The notes under the pieces were generated by a model. It saw only the letters and a list, made by a program, of their open reading frames with translations, did no database searches and was not told where the DNA came from. Position numbers and translations under genes: made by a program. DNA of 64,000 nt from the NCBI RefSeq assembly GCF_030144855.1, contig NC_082731.1, forward strand, positions 23,374,001-23,438,000. The letters run 5' to 3'. Of this stretch, positions 26,690 to 36,880 are shown one piece after another. Numbering within the stretch: the stretch's first letter is position 1; each line of letters starts with the position of its first letter. The stretch is from Hypanus sabinus. Lineage: Eukaryota.

Positions 26690-27867
26690 ACCATCCTGAG
26701 AGCAATTCCTCCGACTCCGCCGTATCTGCTATCAGGATCAGTCTTTTCATTCCAGGCCGAAGGAGATGTCTTCCTTTTTGAAACAAAGGGGCTTCCCTTC
26801 TTCCACCATCAATTCTGCTCTCAAACGCACCTCTCCTATTTCCCGCACATCTGCCCTCACCCCTTCCGATCGCCACTCCACTCGGGATACGGTCCCCATT
26901 GTCCTCTCCTACCACGTCACCAGCCTCCAGGTCCAACGTAGAATTCTCCGTAACTTCCGTCACCTCCAACAAGATCCCACTACCAAGCTCATCTTACCAT
27001 CCCCCCACTCCTTTCTGCAGAGATCGCTACCTACGCGAATCCCTTGTCCGCTCACCCCACTCCACCACATCCCTTCCCACCGATCTCCCTCCTGGCACTT
27101 ATCCGGCTAAGGGAAACACGTGCTACACCTGCCCGTACACTTACTCCCTCACCATCATTTAGGGTCCCAGACAGTCCTTCCAGGTGAGATGGCACTTCAC
27201 CTGTGAGTCGGCTGGTATGTTATACTGCGTCCGGTTCTCCCGGGGTGGCCTTTTATATATTGGTTTGACCCAACGCACACTGGGAGACCGTTTCGCTTAA
27301 AACCTGCGCTTGGTCCGCCAGAGAAAGCATGATCTCCCAGTGGCCACACATGTTAATTCCACGTCCCGTTCCCACAGTGATATGTCTACCCGTGTCCTCC
27401 TCTACTGTCAAAATGAATCCAAACTCAGGTTGGAAGAACAACACCTTATATACCGGATGGGTAGCCTCCAACCTCATGGCATGGATATTGACCACTAACT
27501 TTTGTTAATGCACTTACCCCCTTCTTACCCGATCCCTGGAATATTTAGTTGTTTACCTTTTCTCCATCTCCCTCTGGAGCTTCCCCGTCTCTTTCTTTCT
27601 GCCGATGCCTCCCGTCCCATGATCTTTTCCCTTTTGCAGCTCTGTATCAATTTTGCCAAACACTTTTCCAACTCTTTGCTTTATCCTACCCCCTCCGGTC
27701 GTCTCCTATCATTTCGCATTTCCCCCTCACCCCAGTACTTTCAAATCTCTTACTACCTCTCCTTTCGGTTAGTCCTGTCGAAGCGTCTCGGCCCGATACC
27801 TCGGCAGTGCTTCTCCCTATAGATGCTGCATGGCCTACTGTGTTCCACCAGCATTTTGTGTGTGTTA
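26690..27867 (+). mobile_element. Penelope-like element (RT C-terminus + GIY-YIG), 5'-truncated
   Basis: MSSFLKQRGFPSSTIN...ILRNFRHLQQDPTT and HVNSTSRSHSDMS...LRLEEQHLIYRMGSLQP in the ORF track. Confidence 0.85.
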
Positions 27868-28814
27868 CAATAAGTATAGTTGCGTGATAGGCGATCGATT
27901 ATGCACCTGTTTACTTACCGTCTGTCTTTATGAGCAAATGTCGTTTTAATTCATTGAATGATGCACATAGTTGTTTATTTCATGATGTAGAGCACAATAA
28001 GCATTACCAGCCCGTCGAACTGACAAACCGCAGAAGCGATTGACACCCTTGATTTATCTGGAACCTAATCACCGTACAATTTACAACTACTAATCACTCT
28101 ACGGAGTCGGTGTTTGAACTGTTAGAGGAAACTAGATCACTCGGTGAAAAGTCAGGCATTCCATGAGGAGGACGCACAGATTGCGTACAATGAACAGGAA
28201 TGGAACTCCGAACTTTTATTCCCCGAACTGTAATAGAGTCGAATTAACTGCTACGCAATATAATAACTAAAAATATATTAATATTTCAATATGCATAATT
28301 AATATATTTTCATCTATTTAGAAAGTAATGCAGCAACAATGACTCAAAACGTATAAATAATAGAGGTAAATGATTTATTTTGTTTCCCAATGTATAGAGC
28401 CAGGAATTTGTTCAAATGAATGCATTTTTAGTCCACTGCTAGGGTATCCCACTATAAACAAGTGTCTCTCCAGACAGAACTGAAAAACGTAGATTATCTC
28501 TTATGTGTGGGAGGAATTACAACATTTCCTTGCAACAACTGATAGATGCTTCTTTCGCAGCGCTTCTCCTAGTTATCTCGAATACTTCCATTATCTTAAT
28601 CCGTTTTGTTTGATGAAAAAAGTAATTGCCAAAAGAGTGTTGTTTCATTTAATAAGTTTCGTGTTATCGGAAGAAACTGAATGCAACAGAAGTTATCTCA
28701 ATGACTATCGCCTGCCCATTAATAGCTTCAGGTGAAAACATTTTCCATATCAAGAAGACACATTCAGTCTCCCTGAGGTTGCTTTGTAATAAGAGAACGG
28801 GCGTGGATATGACT

Positions 28815-29228
28815 TATGAAAACAAATTGATTGAACTCCGGCATTTCTCCTAGGAGCGACGGAAGATGAGACGTGGCCACATAGAGCTGTAAAAATGATG
28901 AGAGACATTGATCGTGTGGATAGTCAAAGGTTTTGAACGAGAATTGAAATGGCTGCCACACGAAGACATAGTTTTAAGATGCTTGGGAATAGTTATAGAA
29001 AAGATTTCAGGTTTTATACGCAGTTTTAAGTGCGAGAAATGGGCTGCCGGCAACGGTGGTTAAGGCTGATACGATAGGATATTTTAAGAGTCGTTTGGCT
29101 ATGTACATAGGGCTTAGAAAAAATAGAGGGCTATGGGTAAAACCAGAAATTTCTAAGGTAGAGGCATGTTCGGCAAAACTTTGTACGCCGAAGTACATGT
29201 ATTGTGCTGCAGGTTTTCCATGTTTCTA
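28815..29228 (+). mobile_element. CR1 3' fragment present only in unit 2
   Basis: CR1 3' end sequence interrupts GCGTGGATAT..|..TAATGATA.CTGTAGTTC, which is contiguous at ~23040-23080. Confidence 0.75.
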
Positions 29229-29812
29229 GAAGCGTAATGATATCTGTAGTTCGTGGTGCTATATATTTCCAAAACAATAAATTACGCATCTTTTGCTTGG
29301 TATTTGTAAATTTTCAATGTCCGTTGCTTTTCTGCCGCCGTTCACAGGGCATAAATGGATTTGCGATGATCCTTCATTCAAAAAACAGGTATCATTTAAC
29401 CCATGGCTGAAGTGGAGAATATATTGGGATCCGGAAACAAAAATGATAGAATGCCAGGGCACACACGAGAGGTTGAATGGCGCAAATCCGTTTCTTTGCC
29501 TTATGCTCTTCTGATTTAAAATCCAAATTCACTGAAGTCAGTGATGCATTTTATTAGTCCAGGAGTATATTCTAGAGAGTTCTGTGCCATCCATCAGTAG
29601 AAATGAGAGAAATCAGTAGATCCGCCAGCTTCCATGGAAATGATGGTTGGAACCAACTGCTTCCATCAGGATAGCATGATTTCCACCCGAACTTTGTGGG
29701 TCTTGATTCTGGTACTTTTATTTCTCGATCATCATCCAATTAAAAATCCCACTGCATTGCGGTTTCATACCGTTGTCTCGGCAGTGGTGTATTTATAGGT
29801 TACTACTACATG

Positions 29813-29851
29813 AGTTTTTGTATTGCCCTATCGCTGCTTACTAGCACTGTG
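29813..29851 (-). other. Distal 23-RSS after the supporting V-delta
   Basis: CACAGTG-CTAGTAAGCAGCGATAGGGCAAT (23)-ACAAAAACT (canonical heptamer, 8/9 nonamer). Confidence 0.9.
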
Positions 29852-29873
29852 TGCTTGTAATGAGAAACAGCCT

Positions 29874-29912
29874 AGTTATTGAACAGTGGTGCCCACGCAC
29901 GGCATCACAGTG
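29874..29912 (-). other. Proximal 23-RSS abutting the supporting V-delta coding end
   Basis: CACTGTG-23 nt-TCAATAACT (6/7 heptamer with CAC intact, 6/9 nonamer), directly after ...YYCALNRFT. Confidence 0.7.
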
Positions 29913-30215
29913 CTGTAAACCGATTCAATGCACAGTAATACACAGCAGCGTCACTCAGTTTCACTTTGGAGATCGTCAGCTGGCTGATTTTCTTTACAGG
30001 ATCGACAAAACCAGTAATTCGTTCGCCGTCAATTTTTTTCTTATCCTGTGCTCCAAAAGTTTGTCCCTGGAGCAGAAATATGGGCACCTGCCCTGGAAGC
30101 TGCCGATACCAGTGTAAAGTGTTGCGGCAATAAACGTCATATCGACATCTTAAAAAGGCGGTGTCGCCAAGTGTTCTTTGTAGTTCAGGACTCTCAGACG
30201 TTAGCAAAACGGATT
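29913..30215 (-). CDS. TRDV: Leaderless supporting TCR-delta V exon (NAR-TCR supporting V), open reading frame
   Basis: TTCATACAG acceptor (phase 1), then (E)SVLLTSESPELQRTLGDTAFLRCRYDVYCRNTLHWYRQLPGQVPIFLL...ISQLTISKVKLSDAAVYYCALNRFT. Canonical C, WYRQ and YYC; extra Cys in CDR1; no leader found in the upstream intron. Confidence 0.92.
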
Positions 30216-30888
30216 CTGTATGAATGTAAAGGAAGATTATTGTTGAATTACCGTTAACTGTAAGAGAGAAAAACGACTAAAATGTGATAAGGAGTTTTTT
30301 TTTCAAGCAAATTAGTTTCATTTGAAACGTGAGTAAACAATTTTTATTGTCGTTGACAATTATTATAAGGAATTGACGCAGTGAAATAAATTCAGGGACT
30401 CATGACAAATTGCGGACATCTTGTTATCATCAAAACTGTTTCATTATTGAACGTCTATTTGGAAGAAACGACTGATTTCTTGGATCAATTGCACAGAGTC
30501 TGCAAACTTACAATGGATCGAACTTTTTTTTTCTTTGCTCTCTAGTGTTTATTTTAAAATCAGTTTAATTGAGAATAATGATGGATTAGATTGTTTCTTG
30601 GAATTGATCGGTGGTCCATCCAGAATAGTTTTTTTTTAGTATTCGATTGGATTGTAACATGGTCATGTAAGCCGACTGAACGGTGCAGACTGTTCAGATA
30701 ATTTTGTAAGCAGCTTAAGGCGATCGCTTATTTTCAAACAGATTTTAGCACGTGCCAATCTCAAAGTTTTGTTCCCTTCCCTTTACTTATTTTTTCATCA
30801 ACGGTGTATGCAATTCTCCATACTATTTGAGAACAAATTGGAGAAAACATGTTTCATTTTTCTTACAGCTCGTTGACTCACTTACATA

Positions 30889-30919
<31 letters not shown>

Positions 30920-31584
30920 CTTTTTTCCTTGCGGTTTATGCCTTAAGCTGCTAGCAATATTTCCCACAGTCTGACAGTAGTCGGTTGGATTCTTCTGCAA
31001 GATTGCACCAACATTGCATCCTTACTCATAGTAGTAATTTCCCTCTACACCTCACCGTGTTAATTCAGTTTACACATTGTCTTTCCACACAGTGAGTGTA
31101 GATTCAGTCTACGGAATCACACCAGACAAGACAAACCATATACTTCCAGCCACTCCCTTGCAGCAATGAAGATTAATGCATCAATACAGCTCTCCAAAAC
31201 CTACTGCAGTGGAAAATAAATGCATCTCTCATATTCTACCTGTTAAACTGCCTGCTCTCAAACTGCTTCCTTTCGGGCAGGTGCACCTGATTTTCCATTT
31301 AACACTATTTATTATTTTTGGGGGTTTTGACGTTTTTTGGAAGCATTAACATGTATTGTTCATCAGCAGAACTTATGCGAGAATTTGAAAATTTCTACAG
31401 AAACGGCTCAGCCAGAAAAGAGACTGTGCGCTTACGGCCTCTCTAATACAATCTCGTTGTATAACCGAGATTTGACATCCGACCCTTTAAAATTTAATGA
31501 TTTTAAGTCAATTGATCATCTAACAAATGGTCGTGAAATGGGAGAGATGTTGGAAAAAAAGAGTCGATATTTGTAGATACTTAC

Positions 31585-31642
31585 CGGGTCTGACAGTGAC
31601 CGTTGTCCCAGTACCATCTAGAGTATGAGTACTCCAATCATA
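31585..31642 (-). CDS. NAR-TCR J segment
   Basis: YDWSTHTLDGTGTTVTVRP, then phase-1 donor G|GTAAGT. The DGxG-TxVTV motif is IgNAR-J-like. Confidence 0.92.
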
Positions 31643-31681
31643 CACAATGATCATGTTCTCAGTCTCCATTGTACAACAACT
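31643..31681 (-). other. 23-RSS of the NAR-TCR J
   Basis: Read away from the coding end: CACAATG-23 nt-ACAACAACT. Confidence 0.88.
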
Positions 31682-32041
31682 ACACGGGAACATGTATCTG
31701 TTTACAAACGTTACAACAGGCTTCCTAACGCTTCCAGGATCGTAATGCAACACATAGTATGCAGTAGTCCCCATTTGCCGACAGGCCAATATGTTCTTCG
31801 TGAAAAAAAAAGCCTAATTAAAATAAAACAGAAACACGCACTGACGACAGATTCCGAGAAGAAAAGATAACACAGCTGACGTGTCAATCAAAAGTACATA
31901 TGTAATGTGGAAATTATAAATTATCTAAACAGATTACTAGGTAAACATCGAGAGGTTTGTCTTTTTTTTGTTTGGCATATAAAGAAAATACAGTTTAAAA
32001 AATGAGTTATTTATTTACTTATTATCTCTCCGTTTTTTTTT

Positions 32042-32113
32042 TCTTTTTGTCCTGATCTCTTGCACAGTGTTTGTTCCCAAAGTTACACAGTACCTCATGT
32101 GAATTTCAAATCT
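32042..32113 (-). CDS. NAR-TCR D segment (16 bp, 32070-32085) with flanking 12-RSSs
   Basis: D = TAACTTTGGGAACAAA. 3' RSS CACTGTG-12-ACAAAAAGA; 5' RSS CACAGTA-12-TTCAAATCT (weak nonamer). Confidence 0.8.
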
Positions 32114-32438
32114 GCCGGGGACTGGATTAAAGATTCGATTAGGAATTAGATTCTCAACGTTGGAGTTCTCTGTTTCCATGTGTTCTGGAAAGATTCCTTC
32201 TGTCGTAGGCGACAAAAATGTATATTTCTTAATTATCTGTCGACATTTATTGACACATACCTCAGGGTAGGCAACAACATCTACGCACACGCGAGGTGTG
32301 AACATGAAGACTGTACACGATTAGATTTAAAAAAAAACGGTTAGATAGACTGTAGGATGAATTAACAGCGAGCTAGGAATATGAACAAAACCGTAAATCT
32401 ATACTGCTCTGTTTTATTCAGGAATAAGCTACAGTGAA

Positions 32439-32476
32439 AGTTTTTGCACAGCGCGAAGCTGAAGCCCATCATTGTG
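32439..32476 (-). other. 22-spacer RSS of the NAR-TCR V
   Basis: CACAATG-ATGGGCTTCAGCTTCGCGCTGT (22)-GCAAAAACT. Confidence 0.9.
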
Positions 32477-32770
32477 CTTCACGCCATCTGTACACAGCTT
32501 GACAGTAATAGGTGCCGCTGTCTTCCACTCGTAGATCTCGAATTTCCAACGAAAACTGCATTTCAGTTTTCTTAATAAAAATAGCAAATCTGCCCCCGCG
32601 AGTGACTTCCTTCCGTTCGGCCGCTGAGTTGGTCCGACTGTAGAATTTTCCAGTCTGAAAGCGATATTCACCACCTGAACCACGTTGCAAACTGCAGGTG
32701 ATGGTGGCAGTCTGACACTCATTCAAGTTTACAATGGACGGGCTCTGAGTCACCGACTGATTCACTGAAC
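32477..32770 (-). CDS. IgNAR-like V exon (NAR-TCR V), open reading frame
   Basis: TTCACAG acceptor, then SVNQSVTQSPSIVNLNECQTATITCSLQRGSGGEYRFQTGKFYSRTNSAAERKEVTRGGRFAIFIKKTEMQFSLEIRDLRVEDSGTYYCQAVYRWRE. GGRF and FSL-I-DL-VEDSGTY-C motifs, and a 47-residue W-position-to-Cys2 spacing as in IgNAR V (CDR2 deleted), versus 59 in the neighbouring V-delta. Confidence 0.93.
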
Positions 32771-32914
32771 CTGTGAATTAAAAAAAAAATAACAAACGGA
32801 GAAAAGTGAGTTGTAGTCACAGACGAACCACACAAAGAATCTAAGCCGGTTGAATATCAGAGAGAGCAAGCAGGTTTAAAATAAACGTATTCTGGATGTC
32901 TGAAAGACACTCAC

Positions 32915-32957
32915 GTCGTAAGCAGAGCCAGAGTGTTAAAAAATAGTAGACTCTCAT
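32915..32957 (-). CDS. Leader exon of the NAR-TCR V
   Basis: ATG...MRVYYFLTLWLCLR + C|GTGAGT; 43 bp, phase 1, splices in frame to the V exon across a 144-bp intron. Confidence 0.9.
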
Positions 32958-33721
32958 CGTCAACACGGAATATTGCAGAAGTGACGAGGAGATGGAACAC
33001 ACGGTCTGCAGAGTTATGGTAGAATGTATTTCAGAATGGGACAATGAACCTTTAACAACACATTTTGTTGAGGGACATGTGTCGCATTTGAATCTGTTTC
33101 GTTTCCTTGAACTGTGTGAAGATGCCCCTCCCATGACTTTCTAACGTTCACGTCTGTGACGGAGGTCGCCTATCAATGGACAAGGCTGACTTATTTGCCT
33201 TGAACGGGACGCTTTTACCAAAAAAAAAGGAAAAACAAAAAGTGGTTATTTGATATTTTTTGATGTAGAGACGTGTGCCCCCACTTTTCCGGAATTTTCA
33301 GTTCTTATACATTTGTGACTGAAATCAGGCTATGCTCTGATTTTGGCGGCAAGTACGCAGGACGAGCTGACAAACTTTCACTCAGCCTAGGAAGAGAGTG
33401 ATGGTACATTTAGCCTTTGCATGCACCAATCCCTCATGGTTACTTTTCTTCTACAGAAAGTATGGATGGGAAGAAATTTGCGACCAGACAGTTTCAATTT
33501 TCGTGTGCTTGAAGAAGGCGTTAAATATACTATCCTACATTTTTCATATTCGATATCAATCTCGCCGTTTGTGTTAAGGCGTTTGGACAATCTGGAACAC
33601 TGTTTTAGACTAAATGAAGTTGATTTCTCCTGCAGCGAATGTTAGCGCAAGATAAGTTTTATTATATTATTGCAAGTTATATTAGTGAGTGGAAGAGAAA
33701 TTTACTGATATATCAGGGGTT

Positions 33722-33870
33722 TTATTGTATTATTGTTGTTGTTATTATTATTATTATTATTATCATTATTATCATCATCATTTGTAGTAGTAGTAGTAGC
33801 AGCAGTTGTCGTAGTAGTAGGAGGAAGAGGATGAGGAGTTGCAGTAGTAGTAGTAATAATATTATTAGTA
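33722..33870. repeat. Compound trinucleotide microsatellite (TTG/TTA/TCA/TAG)
   Basis: Read directly. Confidence 0.9.
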
Positions 33871-35714
33871 TTCGTGAAGAATTCCAACGCAAGCCCTCTG
33901 TAGAATTCTGGACTGCGCAGCAACTGCTGTAGGTAGAGGCGGTTAAATTGACATTAAAGGGAATTGCTGCCATTGCGATACAGGATAAATGGAGATCAAG
34001 GGTATGTTCAGGGTGTGGCGAACCATCAGACAGATCATGAAGTGATTTACGTCGACCTGGGTGGCACCATGCTCTGCAAGCTCCATGTTATGCTTTACTG
34101 TAATATTTTCTCATTTCTACCTGAAGGAAGCTGCAGTTAAAGAGGCCTCGAGTAATCAAAGAGAATCTCAGTGCATACGCAAGGCAAAAGAAAGAAATTT
34201 TATTGAATGTGAGACATTTCTCTGCAGAGTTACAATAACAAAATAGATATTTAATACTGGTGAGGCTGGAAAAAAAAGTTCATGGTGAAGAGAAAAGTGG
34301 ATTTGAAAAGTGTTGCAGTCGGAAATGAAGGCAAATGTTCAGTTTTTTTTTAAAAATTAGTCTTGTACGTGGACTTGTCTGGATTTTGTAATTAGATTGG
34401 GGTTCGGTGAGATTTCACGGAAAATAGCCTGTGGATCTTAAATTTCATTGTACCTCAGCAGTTACCGATTTGTCTTTAACAATCTAGAGTTTTAAGTCAC
34501 CAGCTGTACTGAAATCTTAGCAAATAAATAATCAAACAAACAAATAAATAACATAGTTATGCAGTTAATTAATCAACTGATTAATTAGTTAATTAATACA
34601 GAAATAAATTCAAAATAAATGTTCGTGAAATATGGGTTAAGCAATGCATTGAACAATCGCGTATGCGAACTGTTGGAAATGGAATGTCATGAAATATGTG
34701 TTGAAATTGCGGCCCGTTGGAGATCCAATGCGTGTCAGGAGGTAGCTCACTCAAGTTTGCCTATTGAGTATACTCGAGATCACCTCGCGGCTATTTGATC
34801 TTTTAACCAGAGCTTATCGGAGATAAAAAGCGTGAGAAGACATAGCACTGACAGGTTGGCCGATTACAAAAATAATGCATCTGCTCGACTTCGTGCTGCA
34901 AACTGCTGCCAATCGGCGATTGCAAATATGATAAGACGGAGCTATCTCAGTTTTGCCGATTCGAATGCGATTTTCGGCATTTTCGTGTATTGAAAAGCGA
35001 TATCGAATGATTGACAAGAACAGATTCGAAAATGTAGGGAAAAGCGGTACGACCGTCGGTGAGGTCGGGAGAGTTATAAAGGGAATTGAGGCATTACTTC
35101 TGCGATTTTGCAGCGAGATTAGTCGTGAGTAGGAGAATGCAAAATGTAGTAGGCAACTATTTTTCCCGTCATTTATTTATTGTTCATTTTTCATTCTTTT
35201 TTTTTGCTCGGTATGAACTGTTATTATGCCTGGCAGGGCACTTTTACGCAACACACGCAAAGCTAAAGATGGAGCTGAAGCTGGAATTTGATGAACGCTG
35301 GATTTTTCTACATTCTCAGAGCCTGATAAATTGGGCATAATGATGGTGGATACACCAAAGTTTCAGGAGGAAGGTAAAGTGGGTGACATGAAAGAGAAAG
35401 GAATTAAACAGCCAGTGCAGAGTGCCATGTGGAATTCTCCCTCAACAACAGATATTGTAATTTGGAAAATATTGAAGGCATGAGTTTCCAGATAAACATC
35501 AGAGCAGTGTACGTTTGGCTTCGATTCTTTTTCTCTGACGGAGAAGAAAATTGAATTGTATTGAATTGACATTGAATTACCTACATCCTTCATTTACATG
35601 AAGAGGGCATACCTTCACGTTACACTTCCGTTTAAATGTGCAAAGTGCAACTTATAATAAATTATCAAAAATAATATGTACAACTGTATAGTCAAAATAA
35701 CATAGAAATACATT

Positions 35715-36880
35715 TATATATGAATGACTTAATCCGTCTGATGAGTTCGTGGAGGAATATTTTCCGCAGCCTGTTGGTGTTGGTTTTTAAACTGCTACTC
35801 CGTTTCGCGGATGGTAGCAGCTGAAACATTTTGTGCTTGGCATGTCTCGGGTTTCTAATGATATTTCGATCCCTTTTTACTCGCCTCTCTTTTCAACAAT
35901 CCTGAATAGTGGGGAGGACACATCTACAGATACGCTGTCTGCACCGCTCTTTGCAGAGTTCTGCGATGGAGGGAAGTACAGTTACAAAACCAGGTAATAA
36001 TGCAGCTAGTCAGGGTGCTCTCAGTTGTGCACGAGTAAAGGGTTTTTTTTTGGGATTTGGAGGTCAAACCTTTTTAACCGTCTGAGATGCAAGAGGCGCT
36101 GTTCTGCTTTATTCACCGCACAATGGGTATCTACGGATCACAGTTGAGCTTTACTGGTGTGTATGTCGAGGAACATGAGTTTTAACGATCCATCGATGTT
36201 AATAGTGGTTAGTTAGTCTGTCTCCATTCTTCCTGTAGTCCATAGCTGGCATTTTGTTTAAATCTGCGACAATTGGAGAAAAGTTGTTTCCTTGTCGGCA
36301 ATGTGTCAGGGTGCTGAATTATTTTCTTTAGGCTCCCTCATTATTATCTGAGATTAGGCCAAACAGTGTACAGTCTTCAGCAAATTTAATTTGTAGGTTG
36401 GAAATCTGGGTAGGGACACAGTCATTGTTATTCGAAAATTAAAGGCAAAGAATTCCTACACAGACCAGGGGACACGTGTGTTGAGTGTCAGAGGAGCAGT
36501 GGTGAGGGAGCACATTCTTAGCACCTGCGGCGATCTGACAGAAGATCCAGGTTCCAGCTACATAAGGCAGAGACACGGCCGACGTCTCTGACCTTCTTGT
36601 CCAGCCTGGAGGGAATTATTGTTTTGAACGCTGAACAATAATCCAAGAACAACATTCATTCATAAGCATACCGCTTCTCTGGATGTGTAAAGACAGCGTG
36701 TAGAGGTGTGGCTATTGCGTCATCTATTCATCGGTTATGTTGATAGGCAATCTGTAGGGGGTACAGTCTGGGTGGCAAAATGCTTCAGGTGTAATCCTTC
36801 ACCAGCCTTTCAAATAATTTGCTTATTATTGAGCAGAGTTCAACAGGACGCCATCCATTCGGACATGTTATCTTGGTCTT
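35715..36880 (-). mobile_element. Rex1/Babar-like LINE 3' fragment
   Basis: Minus strand gives KFAEDCTLFGLISDNNEG, a degenerate KFADDTTVVGLIS motif. Confidence 0.7.

Larger units (their letters stand above)
22095..26690 (-). repeat. Segmental duplication unit 1 (paralogue of 27890-34612 lacking the NAR-TCR L-V-D-J module)
   Basis: Collinear similarity by eye, e.g. CGATTATGCACCTGTTT at ~22100 and ~27896, and matching blocks at 25350-26600 and 33311-34600. Confidence 0.85.
27890..34612 (-). repeat. Segmental duplication unit 2 (carries the intact NAR-TCR cassette)
   Basis: Paralogous to 22095-26690. Confidence 0.85.

Noticed and set aside
29852-29890. Possible D segment between the two tandem RSSs (CACTGTT or GGCTGTTTC-12 as a 5' RSS)
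   Set aside because: These motifs are not conserved in the paralogous copy and match consensus poorly.
30500-30520. GT donor-like site conserved in both units ~290 bp upstream of the supporting V (possible vestigial leader)
   Set aside because: The upstream sequence is A-rich and would encode basic, not hydrophobic, residues; there is no ATG-led signal peptide.
33639-33973. ORFs with poly-Ile/Ser/Thr/Asn tracts (also 21023-21211)
   Set aside because: Translation artefacts of trinucleotide microsatellites.
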